Assembly: GCA_025935925.1 (NCBI GenBank)
Contig: JAICUI010000004.1
Location: forward strand, 24,138 to 88,137
Source: Chloroflexota bacterium
Lineage (GTDB): Bacteria > Chloroflexota > Limnocylindria > Limnocylindrales > CSP1-4
Direction: 5' to 3'
Length of the DNA stretch: 64,000 nt
Within the stretch, counting starts at the first letter, position 1. Each line of letters starts with the position of its first letter. The notes under the pieces are model-generated. The model saw only the letters and a list, made by a program, of their open reading frames with translations. It did no database searches and was not told where the DNA came from. The translations under genes and the position numbers were made by a program. This document shows positions 1 to 7,763 of the stretch, piece after piece.

Positions 1-1019
1 GTGACCAGGACCGGGCCCGGCAGCTCGGCGAAGGCGCGGATCGCGGGCGCACCACGCTCGACGAGCGCCTCCACGGGCCCGACCACGAGCCCCGCGCCAC
101 GGAGCCGCGCCTCGCGCGAGGCCGCGAGCGCGATCGCCGCCGGGTCGTCGCCGCCGGCCAGGCGGTCGAGGTCCAGCGCGACGCACGGCCGCCCCAGTCT
201 CGCGAGCGCGGTCCAGCCCAGCGAGCGTCCCGACGCGCCCGGTCGCTCGCGCAGGTACGCGAGTGGCAGCCCGCCCGCGATGGCGCGGACGAGCGTCTCC
301 ACCTCCGGAATGTCGACGTCGACCGAGGCCGCCAGCAGCGGCTCGAGCAGCGCGTCCGGCGCATCGTCCCCGAGGAGGTGGGCGATGACCCGGTCCGGGA
401 CCCGGAGCGTTCGCGTGAGCATCGGGCGCTCGGCGTCCTCGACGAGCAGCAGGCCGCTCCGGACCAGCGGTGCGAGGGGTTCCAGCCGCGCGCGCGCCGC
501 GCTGTCGGTCGCGCGTCGCGACCCGAGCGCGAGCTCGAGCGCGAGGCCGACGCTCGCACGCCGCCGGGACACGTCGTCGTGGAGATACCCGTACAGCCGC
601 TCGAACCGGGGGTCGAGGTCCGGCGCCAGGGCGACGAGCAGCAGCTCGACGTCGAGCGGTTCGAGCCCGAAGGCGCGGGCGGCGTCGCGCAGGCGGATCG
701 TCGCACCGGCGGCCTCCGCGGTGACGGCGTGGGCGTCGAGGACCTCGAGCCGCGACGCCGACGCGACCACGAGCTCGTCGGGCACCGTCGGTGCCGCCGA
801 CGCCGCGAGCAGCGCGTCCACCTGGTCGTCCGAGATGTACAGCCCGCGGAAGCGGTCGTCCGGGTCGGGATCCGTCGTGCGCCGGCGGTCGACGGCGGAT
901 CGAACGCGGGCCTCGAGCAGCGTGAGCCGCGCCTGCAGGTAGCCGAGGCTCGCGTCCGACGCGTCCGCGGTCCTGTCGCCGCCGGCGGCCTCCGCCGGCG
1001 CCTCGACGACGGCGCTCAC
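1..1019 (-). CDS. AAA+ ATPase of contractile injection system (Afp15/Cis15-like), N-terminal part only; gene continues past left edge
   Basis: Absent from the ORF track because it has no stop inside the window. My own reverse-strand translation from GTG 1019 stays open to position 1: VSAVVEAPAEAAGGDRTADASDASLGYLQARLTLLEARVRSAVDRRR..RFRGLYISDDQVDALL..LLLVALAPDLDPRFERLYGYLHDDVSRRRASVGLALEL. I recognise this as the helical N-terminal region of eCIS-linked AAA ATPases. Walker motifs would lie outside the window. GTGA overlap with the DUF4255 gene stop. Confidence 0.6.
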   Translation of the reverse strand, partial: MSAVVEAPAEAAGGDRTADASDASLGYLQARLTLLEARVRSAVDRRRTTDPDPDDRFRGLYISDDQVDALLAASAAPTVPDELVVASASRLEVLDAHAVTAEAAGATIRLRDAARAFGLEPLDVELLLVALAPDLDPRFERLYGYLHDDVSRRRASVGLALELALGSRRATDSAARARLEPLAPLVRSGLLLVEDAERPMLTRTLRVPDRVIAHLLGDDAPDALLEPLLAASVDVDIPEVETLVRAIAGGLPLAYLRERPGASGRSLGWTALARLGRPCVALDLDRLAGGDDPAAIALAASREARLRGAGLVVGPVEALVERGAPAIRAFAELPGPVLV

Positions 1020-1738
1020 CGGCGCGTGCCGCGCACCCGCAGCTGCATCCCGCCCTGGTCCTTCCCGGCGCCGTGCGGCACGGTCTCCTGCGGGACCGGC
1101 TCGGGCTCGGCGGCGGCCGCGCGGCCCTTGCGCCTCGTCGACCCGTTGGCCTCCTCCGCGGCGCCGTTCGTGCTCGAGAGCCCGATCGACGGCCCGGCCG
1201 TGACCGGCGCGCCGTACGGCGTCGCGAGGTTGATGACGATGGGCGCCGTGACGACGACGTCCAGCGACGGCTTCAGCTCGCCCCCGAGCGCCGTCCAGAT
1301 GTCCGCCAGGGAGCGTTCCTGGCTCTCCGGCTGGCCGACCTCGATGTACACGGGCAGGTCCGTCTCGTCGAGCGCGCCACCGAGGTCGCCCGGCTTGAGC
1401 ATCGGGTTGCGCAGCATGCACACCAGCAGCGACGACAGGAGCCGGTGCTCGTCCTCGGGCCGCTGCGTCCACGCCGTGACGAGGTACGCCAACCGGAACC
1501 GGCGCGGGGGCTGGCGCCGCCCGCTCACGGTGCCGTCGGTGCCGCGCGCGTCCTCCCAGGTCGGGACCCGGCGCTGGAGGTCCTCGCGGATGTCGTACAG
1601 GTAGAGGTTGACGCACGGCCCGCTGCGCCTCGCGACCCAGTCCTTCGTGGGCGCGTCGAACTCGAGCTCGACCGACGACCCGCTGAGCGCTTCCTGCTTC
1701 ACCAGCCGCTCGAGCAGCTGGTCGACGTCCTGGATCAC
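1016..1738 (-). CDS. DUF4255 / Pvc16-N family protein (tail terminator, Afp16/Cis16-like)
   Basis: ORF 1016..1924(-). I place the start at in-frame GTG 1738 (VIQDVDQLLERLVKQEA..). The segments WVARRSGPCVNLYLYDIRED and RFRLAYLVTAW are typical of DUF4255. The stop overlaps the ATPase start. Confidence 0.8.
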   Translation of the reverse strand: MIQDVDQLLERLVKQEALSGSSVELEFDAPTKDWVARRSGPCVNLYLYDIREDLQRRVPTWEDARGTDGTVSGRRQPPRRFRLAYLVTAWTQRPEDEHRLLSSLLVCMLRNPMLKPGDLGGALDETDLPVYIEVGQPESQERSLADIWTALGGELKPSLDVVVTAPIVINLATPYGAPVTAGPSIGLSSTNGAAEEANGSTRRKGRAAAAEPEPVPQETVPHGAGKDQGGMQLRVRGTRR

Positions 1739-1922
1739 GCCGCGATCGTCCGTCCCGCGCGCGGGGGACGCCACCCGTCGGCGGGCATGCGAGCGGGCAT
1801 CGATGGCTGCCCCTTCGGGCACCCGAGGCCGCCCTGCCGCGCGCCCCCTCGGGCCTTGTCCGTGCCCCCGGCCGGTGGGAGCGTCCATGCGTCGGGATCT
1901 GGAAGCAGGGAAAGGGCCACGC
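1739..1922. promoter_or_regulatory. Divergent intergenic control region between terminator/ATPase arm and sheath operon
   Basis: 184-nt gap between two divergently oriented CIS operons. It contains a direct repeat and a GC palindrome. No promoter hexamers identified. Confidence 0.4.
1781..1800. repeat. Direct repeat GCGGGCAT x2 with 12-nt period
   Basis: Read directly: gcgggcat gcga gcgggcat at 1781-1788 and 1793-1800. Function unknown. Confidence 0.5.
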
Positions 1923-3434
1923 ATGCCGAACTATCTGTCGCCCGGCGTGTACGTCGAGGAGGTCGAGGCCGGGTCGCGTCCCATCGAGGGCGTGGGCACG
2001 GCAGTCGCCGCCTTCGTCGGCCTCGCAGGCCGCGGGCCGGCCAACACGCCGACGCTGGTGACGAACTGGAACCAGTTCACCTCCACGTTCGGGGAGTTCG
2101 TCGAGGGCTCCTACCTCGCGCACGCCGTCTACGGCTACTTCCTCAACGGCGGTGGCGCCGCGTACGTGGTCCGCGTCGGCGCCGATGGCGTCCAGCCCAC
2201 CGCGTCCGCGGAGGTCCCGAGCGCCGAGAAGGGCAAGGCCGCGTTCCGCGTCGCCGCGATCGAGGCCGGCACGACCGGCAACGACATCAGCGTCGACGTC
2301 GAGCCCGCCACCGGCGGCGCCGAGGGCACGTTCAAGCTCGTCGTCAAGCAGGGCAGCCGGGTCGTCGAGACGTTCGACGACGTGACCGCGGGCAAGGGCA
2401 AGACCAACGTCGCGACGGTGGTCAAGGCGCAGTCCAAGGTCATCGCGATCGAGGAGGCGAGCGGCGCCCTCGCGGCCCCGGCCACGGGCTCGGTCTCGCT
2501 GGCCGGTGGCGGCGCGGCGGTTCCCGCGCGCGTGACGCCCACCGACTACGTCGGCAACTCGGCCGACCGGACCGGCTTCGCCGGGCTCGAGGCGGTCGAC
2601 GAGGTCACGATGCTGTCCGTGCCCGACCTGATGGCCGTGTACGAGCAGGGCATCATCGACCTCGAGGGCCTGCAGGCCGTCCAGCTCGCGATGATCGCCC
2701 ACTGCGAGCTCATGGGCGACCGCGTCGCGATCCTCGACGCGCCGCCAGGCCTGAACGCGCAGCAGGTCAAGGAGTGGCGGGTCGACAAGGCCGGCTACGA
2801 CTCCAAGTACGCGACGCTGTACTGGCCCTGGATCAAGGTGTTCGACCCGCTCGCCGGCCAGGCGCGGTTCGTTCCGCCGTCCGGTCACGTGGCCGGGATC
2901 TGGGCCCGCAACGACGACACCCGCGGCGTCCACAAGGCGCCGGCGAACGAGGTCATCCGCGGCGCGATCAGCCTCGAGCTCAACCTGACCAACGCCGAGC
3001 ACGACCAGCTGAACCCCAACGGGATCAACTGCATCCGGGCGTTCCCCGGTCGCGGCATCCGCGTCTGGGGCGCGCGGACCATCTCGTCGGACCCGTCGTG
3101 GCGCTACCTCAACGTCCGGCGGCTGTTCAACTACATCGAGGAGTCGATCTTCGAGGGCACCCAGTGGGTGGTCTTCGAGCCCAACGACATCCGCCTCTGG
3201 GGTCGCGTCAAGCGGACGATCAACGCGTTCCTGCTCCGGACCTGGCGCGACGGCGCGCTGTTCGGCGCGACGCCCGACCAGGCGTTCTTCGTCGTGTGCG
3301 ACGAGACGAACAACCCGCCCGAGACCCGGGACGCCGGCCAGCTGATCGTCGACATCGGCATCGCGCCCGTGAAGCCGGCCGAGTTCGTGGTGTTCCGGAT
3401 CGCCCAGTTCTCCGGCGACCCGAACGCCGAATAG
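1923..3434 (+). CDS. Contractile tail sheath protein (Afp2/Cis2-like)
   Basis: ATG 1923 lies inside ORF 1608..3434. The N-terminus MPNYLSPGVYVEEVEAGSRPIEGVGTAVAAFVG is the classic sheath start. The C-terminal NCIRAFPGRGIRVWGARTIS block is also present. Confidence 0.93.
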   Translation: MPNYLSPGVYVEEVEAGSRPIEGVGTAVAAFVGLAGRGPANTPTLVTNWNQFTSTFGEFVEGSYLAHAVYGYFLNGGGAAYVVRVGADGVQPTASAEVPSAEKGKAAFRVAAIEAGTTGNDISVDVEPATGGAEGTFKLVVKQGSRVVETFDDVTAGKGKTNVATVVKAQSKVIAIEEASGALAAPATGSVSLAGGGAAVPARVTPTDYVGNSADRTGFAGLEAVDEVTMLSVPDLMAVYEQGIIDLEGLQAVQLAMIAHCELMGDRVAILDAPPGLNAQQVKEWRVDKAGYDSKYATLYWPWIKVFDPLAGQARFVPPSGHVAGIWARNDDTRGVHKAPANEVIRGAISLELNLTNAEHDQLNPNGINCIRAFPGRGIRVWGARTISSDPSWRYLNVRRLFNYIEESIFEGTQWVVFEPNDIRLWGRVKRTINAFLLRTWRDGALFGATPDQAFFVVCDETNNPPETRDAGQLIVDIGIAPVKPAEFVVFRIAQFSGDPNAE

Positions 3435-3469
3435 CCACCGACTGAGCCAGGACCCGCACGGAGGCATCG

Positions 3470-3904
3470 ATGCCGACCACCGACCCGCTCCTTCAAGGCA
3501 ACGTACTGCTCGACATCGACGGTGTCGGGGTCGTCGCGAACTTCACCTCGGTCTCGGGGGTCAACTCCGAGGTCGAGATCGTCGACAACCCCTACGTCAA
3601 CGACCAGGGCAAGATCACGATCGCCAAGCTCCCGGGCAAGCCCAAGACGCCGACGGTCACGCTCAAGCGCGGCCTCACCGGCGCGACGGAGCTCTGGGAC
3701 TGGCACATCGCCGTGATGCAGGGGACGCCCGACCGTCGCAACGGCTCGGTCATCCTCATGAACACGCTCGGCGAGGAGGTCCTCCGCTACAACTTCACGA
3801 ACGCCATGGTGTCCAAGATCAGCCTGTCCGAGGGTGGCGCGACCACAAGCGGCGTGCAGATCGAGGAAGCCACCCTGGCGTGCGAGACCCTCATCAAGGG
3901 GTAA
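3470..3904 (+). CDS. Tail tube protein (T4 gp19-like, Afp1/Cis1-like)
   Basis: 144 aa with a GGAGG SD. Size, position after the sheath and beta-rich sequence (FTSVSGVNSEVEIV..KLPGKPKTPTVTLKRG) fit tube proteins. Confidence 0.88.
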   Translation: MPTTDPLLQGNVLLDIDGVGVVANFTSVSGVNSEVEIVDNPYVNDQGKITIAKLPGKPKTPTVTLKRGLTGATELWDWHIAVMQGTPDRRNGSVILMNTLGEEVLRYNFTNAMVSKISLSEGGATTSGVQIEEATLACETLIKG

Positions 3905-3913
3905 GGACCGTAG

Positions 3914-4348
3914 ATGACGGCCGCGGCCCTGCCCGAGATCCCGATCGAGCGCGGGAGCGCGAACGTGTCCGATGCCGTGCGCACGGAATACGCGTTCGTG
4001 CTCCCCCGCGGCTACGTCGACGGGACGGGAGCGGTCCATCGCGACGGCGTGATGCGCCTCGCGACGGCCCGCGACGAGATCATCCCCCAGCGCGACCCGC
4101 GGGTCCGGGAGAACGAGGCGTACCTCACGATCCTCCTCCTGTCCCGGGTCGTGACCAGGCTGGGCACGCTCCCGCAGGTGCACACGGGCGTGATCGAGGG
4201 GCTGTTCGCCTCCGACCTCGCCTTCCTGCAGGACCTGTACCGGCGGATCAACCAGGAAGGCCACACGCAGGCCTCCGTGACCTGCCCGGCCTGCAGTCAC
4301 GCGTTCACCGTCGACGTGGCGGGTGAGCAGCGCCTGGGGGAATCGTGA
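3914..4348 (+). CDS. Conserved CIS protein in the tail-assembly-chaperone position
   Basis: 144 aa with an AAGGGG..GGA SD. Sits directly after the tube as in phage and eCIS order. Single CPAC motif near the C-terminus. The function is positional inference only. Confidence 0.6.
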   Translation: MTAAALPEIPIERGSANVSDAVRTEYAFVLPRGYVDGTGAVHRDGVMRLATARDEIIPQRDPRVRENEAYLTILLLSRVVTRLGTLPQVHTGVIEGLFASDLAFLQDLYRRINQEGHTQASVTCPACSHAFTVDVAGEQRLGES

Positions 4349-4503
4349 CGTACGCGACCGACCGCCTGTTCGAGGAGGTCGCGTACGTCGCCTACCACTT
4401 CCACTGGCCGATGGACACGATCCTCGACCTCGAGCACCCGCTCCGGCTGCGGTTCGTCGAGGAGATCGGTCGCATCAACAAGCGCCTGTCCGAGGAGGAG
4501 TAG
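4345..4503 (+). CDS. Small conserved CIS protein (52 aa, DUF6760-like)
   Basis: Too short for the ORF track. GTG 4345 overlaps the upstream stop (GTGA) and TAG is at 4501-4503. Translation: VTYATDRLFEEVAYVAYHFHWPMDTILDLEHPLRLRFVEEIGRINKRLSEEE. GC-rich third codon positions. The family name is from memory. Confidence 0.6.
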   Translation: MTYATDRLFEEVAYVAYHFHWPMDTILDLEHPLRLRFVEEIGRINKRLSEEE

Positions 4504-4506
4504 CCC

Positions 4507-6498
4507 GTGCGCCTGCCCTGGCCCTTCGGCCGCGGGACGACGTCGGGCGAGCCCGCCTCCGGCGGCGCGTCGACGACGCTGGCGACCGGCGGGCAGCCGG
4601 CCGCCCCTGCCGTCCAGCGCGACGCGACGCCCACCGGCGCGTGGGCGTCGCTGCCGCCGATCCAGCGGACGATCGCGGCCGCCCCGCTCGTCGCCCCGGC
4701 GGCACCGTTCCTGCACGACGTCCCCGGACATCGCCCGCTGCCGCCGATCTTGCAGCCGCTGGGTCACGAGTCGACGCCCAGCGCGCCCGCCGGCCTGGTG
4801 GCCGCGCACGCGTCCCCCGTCCCGAGCCTGACCTCGCAGGCGCCGATGCCGACGCGCCACGTGCAGCGCCGCGCCGCGGAACCGCAGCCGGCCGCGTGGA
4901 CCGGCGCGGCCGCTGGCCCTGAGCCGGACGCGCTCGGCACGTCCGTGGCCGGCGCCGGCGCCGACGCCGGATCCGCGCCCGAGCCCGAGCCGGTCCGCCG
5001 GCTCGCGACGGTGTCGCCATCGCATACGGCCACGCCGCCGGCGCGGCCGCTGACGGTCGCCCCGCCGATCACCAGGAGCGCCGCCCCGGCCGTCCAGCGA
5101 TCCGCCGCGCCGCCAGCGAGCGCTGCAACCGCCGCGCCGACGGCGGGGTCGCCGGCCGTGCAGCGCGACACGGCCATGCCGCTCGCCGCGAGCGGCACGG
5201 CGCCGGCCCGGATCTCGCGCTGGTCCGAGGCGGGATCGACGCCGGGATCGAAGCCGGGCCTCGGCGCGCCGCTGAGCCCGGGCCCGACGCCCGGGACGCC
5301 CGCCGCGTCGTCGCCGTCGCCCTCGACCGCACCGTCCGCGGCCGCCGGGTCCGTGCCGTCGCCCTCGACCGAGCTCGCGCACCGCCCGGGCCTCGGGGCG
5401 CCGATGAAGGCGCTGCCCGACAGCGCCACCCGCGGCCCGGCGCCCTCCATGCCGCTCGTCCAGCGGCTGGCCGCGAGCCACGCCGCGGAGACCGGCGCTC
5501 GCCCGACCACCGGACCGGTCCCGCCCGAGCTGCTGCCGGCATCGGCGACGAGCCCGGGAGCCGCTCCCGGCACGAGCGCGGCCGGCGACCGTCACGCGGC
5601 GGCTCCCCGTCCCGAGGCCGCCCGCGCACTGCCCACCCTCCCGGTCGCTCGTCCGCGTGCCGAGCGCCCGGGTGCCGCTCCGACACCGGTCCAGCGGAGC
5701 ACGGGCCCGGTGTCACCGCGCACCGCCGCCGGGCCCTCGACCAGCCCGTCCGGCACCGCCCCCTCGCCGACGATCCTGCCGCTCGCCGGCGCCCGCCCGA
5801 TCCGTCCCTCGGTCGCGGTGCAGCGACAGGCCGGCGCCGACGACGCTCCGGAACCCGCGCTCCCGGTGGCCGCACGGTGGCCGTCGGGCGACGGCCTGCC
5901 GGCGACGGTCGCGAGCGACGCGCGGCCGACCCCGACGCCCGACGCGGTCCCGCTGCAGCGCCTTGCGGCGCCCGATCCGGCCCCGGTCCAGCCCCCGGCC
6001 GTGGGCACCGGCTGGCACGGCGCGCACAGCCCGGCGCTCGGCAGCCCGGGGCTCGCCCAGGCCGCCAGCCTCGGCGCGCCGGGCGGCGTCCCGGCACCCT
6101 CGATCGCGCGCCGCGCCCCCGCCCCCGCGACCTCGATCGCGCCGACGCTCCAGCTGGCGCGCGCGACCGCCGCGGCCGGAGCCGCGCCGGCGCCGCTCGT
6201 GATCGCCCAGCCGGTCGCCGCGCCCGCGGGCCGCATCGAGGCGCCGGTGTCCACAGCACCCGCCCCCACGGTTCAGACCAGCCCGTCCCCCGCCGCCGCG
6301 CTGCCGACCTTCACGTCGACCCCGGTCGTCCAGCGCGAGGCCGGCACGGCACCCCCCGCCGCCGGGGGCCAGACCGGCCGGACCGACCGCGAGCTCGACG
6401 AGCTCGCCAAGCAGCTGTTCGGCCGCGTCCGCGGCCAGCTGCGCGCCGAGATCATCAACGAGCGCGAGGCCCGCGGCCTCGGCTTCGACGCCTTCTAG
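4507..6498 (+). CDS. Pro/Ala-rich protein with repeated VQR motifs in the tape-measure slot (Afp14/Cis14 position)
   Basis: GTG start after a GAGGAGGAG SD. 663 aa of low complexity with about 10 x [VIL]QR motifs. Charged helical C-terminus TDRELDELAKQLFGRVRGQLRAEIINEREARGLGFDAF. The role is inferred from gene order. Confidence 0.6.
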   Translation: MRLPWPFGRGTTSGEPASGGASTTLATGGQPAAPAVQRDATPTGAWASLPPIQRTIAAAPLVAPAAPFLHDVPGHRPLPPILQPLGHESTPSAPAGLVAAHASPVPSLTSQAPMPTRHVQRRAAEPQPAAWTGAAAGPEPDALGTSVAGAGADAGSAPEPEPVRRLATVSPSHTATPPARPLTVAPPITRSAAPAVQRSAAPPASAATAAPTAGSPAVQRDTAMPLAASGTAPARISRWSEAGSTPGSKPGLGAPLSPGPTPGTPAASSPSPSTAPSAAAGSVPSPSTELAHRPGLGAPMKALPDSATRGPAPSMPLVQRLAASHAAETGARPTTGPVPPELLPASATSPGAAPGTSAAGDRHAAAPRPEAARALPTLPVARPRAERPGAAPTPVQRSTGPVSPRTAAGPSTSPSGTAPSPTILPLAGARPIRPSVAVQRQAGADDAPEPALPVAARWPSGDGLPATVASDARPTPTPDAVPLQRLAAPDPAPVQPPAVGTGWHGAHSPALGSPGLAQAASLGAPGGVPAPSIARRAPAPATSIAPTLQLARATAAAGAAPAPLVIAQPVAAPAGRIEAPVSTAPAPTVQTSPSPAAALPTFTSTPVVQREAGTAPPAAGGQTGRTDRELDELAKQLFGRVRGQLRAEIINEREARGLGFDAF

Positions 6499-6509
6499 CG
6501 AGGAGCCCG

Positions 6510-6998
6510 ATGGACCCCGCCGTCAACGTCTTCTACCGCGTCTCGATCGACGGGATGATCCCGCTCGGCATCTGGACCAAGGTCGATGGCCTCGGCATGG
6601 AGTACCAGGTCACGGAGTACCGCGAGGGCGGCGTGAACGGGTACATGCACAAGATCATCGGCCCGGCGAAGTTCACGAACCTTCGGCTGTCGCGACCCGT
6701 CGACATGACGTCGCCGCTCCTGATGGCCTGGCTGGTCAGCAACCAGGTGGCCATCAAGCCCCAGACGATGGCGGTGACGGCGATGACCGCCGCGGGCGAC
6801 GACATCACGACGTGGAGCCTCGTCGGCGTCGTCCCGGTGAAGTGGACCGGCCCCTCGCTCGACATCATGAGCAACGCGGTGTCCACGGAGACGCTCGAGG
6901 TCGCGTACCAGGAGATCAGCCTGCTCGGCGGCCTGCTCGGATCCGCGGTCGGCGCGCTCGCGGGCGCCGTCGGCGGCTCCGCCAGCGTGTCGTTCTGA
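6510..6998 (+). CDS. Second tube-like protein (gp19 family, Afp5-like)
   Basis: ATG 6510 with a GAGGAG SD inside ORF 5877..6998. Starts MDPAVNVFYRVSIDGMIPLGIWTKVDGLGMEYQVTEYREGG, which resembles tube and tube-initiator proteins. Gly/Ala-rich C-terminal tail. Confidence 0.82.
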   Translation: MDPAVNVFYRVSIDGMIPLGIWTKVDGLGMEYQVTEYREGGVNGYMHKIIGPAKFTNLRLSRPVDMTSPLLMAWLVSNQVAIKPQTMAVTAMTAAGDDITTWSLVGVVPVKWTGPSLDIMSNAVSTETLEVAYQEISLLGGLLGSAVGALAGAVGGSASVSF

Positions 6999-7009
6999 GG
7001 TCCTGATCG

Positions 7010-7759
7010 ATGGGACTGGACATCGCCGGGGCCGCCGCGGGCGCCGCCGCGACCTTCGGCGGAGACCTCCTCGGGCTGACCAAGCCCACCAAGGCGAAGC
7101 TCACGGTGAAGTCGGGCGAGCCGGACTCCCCGGACAACACCGATCCCCTGCCGTGCATGTTCAACCCGACCGAGTACTCCCTGTCGCGGACGACGTCGGT
7201 CCAGCGCAACGAGAGCCCGCAGCAGGTCGGCGGGACGCCCCATTACTCCGGCAGCGGCCCGCTGTCGCTGACGATGCAGCTCTTCTTCGACGACTTCGCG
7301 GCGGCCGAGGGCGACGTGACGCCGGCGATCACCCGGCTGCTCGGCTGGACGGTCCCCAAGGACCCGACCCAGCCCAACGCCCGGCCGCCCAAGATCGGCT
7401 TCGACTGGGGCAACCCGCAGCTCCAGGGCTTCTGGGGCTACATCACCTCGCTCCGGATCAGCTACACGGTCTTCCGGATGAACGGCATCCCGGTCCAGGC
7501 CAAGGTCGATCTCACGATCGAGGAGGTGATGCCCGAGAACCCGCCCGGGACAAACCCGACGTCGCACTCGATCAACAGCCGCCGGGTGCGCACCGTGATC
7601 GAGGGCGAGTCGCTGCAGGGCCTCGCGTACCGTGAGCTCGGCAAGCCGTCGTACTGGCGGGCGATCGCGGAGCTCAACGGCATCGACGACCCGATGTCGC
7701 TCCAGCCGGGCGCCGCGCTGCTGATGCCGACCAAGGCCGACGCGGCGCGCCAGGGCTGA
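7010..7759 (+). CDS. Tube-fold N-terminal domain plus LysM domain protein (Afp7-like baseplate/tube initiator)
   Basis: 249 aa. The C-terminal VIEGESLQGLAYRELGKPSYWRAIAELNGIDDPMSLQPGAALLMP is a LysM motif. The CMFNPTEYSLS tube-like block lies upstream. Confidence 0.85.
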   Translation: MGLDIAGAAAGAAATFGGDLLGLTKPTKAKLTVKSGEPDSPDNTDPLPCMFNPTEYSLSRTTSVQRNESPQQVGGTPHYSGSGPLSLTMQLFFDDFAAAEGDVTPAITRLLGWTVPKDPTQPNARPPKIGFDWGNPQLQGFWGYITSLRISYTVFRMNGIPVQAKVDLTIEEVMPENPPGTNPTSHSINSRRVRTVIEGESLQGLAYRELGKPSYWRAIAELNGIDDPMSLQPGAALLMPTKADAARQG

Positions 7760-7763
7760 CCGC

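Noticed and set aside
1-942. Track ORF 1..942(+) (313 aa) and 378..1604(+) as candidates for the leftmost gene.
   Set aside because: Their Ser/Arg/Ala-rich translations carry no motifs. The opposite strand gives an uninterrupted, motif-bearing ATPase N-terminus that is stop/start-coupled to the DUF4255 gene.
4327-4348. Possible G/GT-like programmed -1 frameshift fusing 3914..4348 to the 52-codon ORF. The run tggggga lies 5 nt before the stop, and the -1 frame is open from 4327.
   Set aside because: CTG GGG GAA is not a canonical X XXY YYZ heptamer, because the A-site GAA cannot re-pair in -1. No downstream structure was identified. The G-run is equally well explained as the SD for the GTG 4345 start. 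Left as a minor possibility testable by proteomics.
5877-6509. N-terminal 211-codon extension of the second tube-like gene (track ORF 5877..6998).
   Set aside because: The extension is Arg/Pro/Gly junk overlapping the 3' half of the tape-measure-slot gene in another frame. ATG 6510 has a GAGGAG SD and begins the recognisable tube-like sequence.
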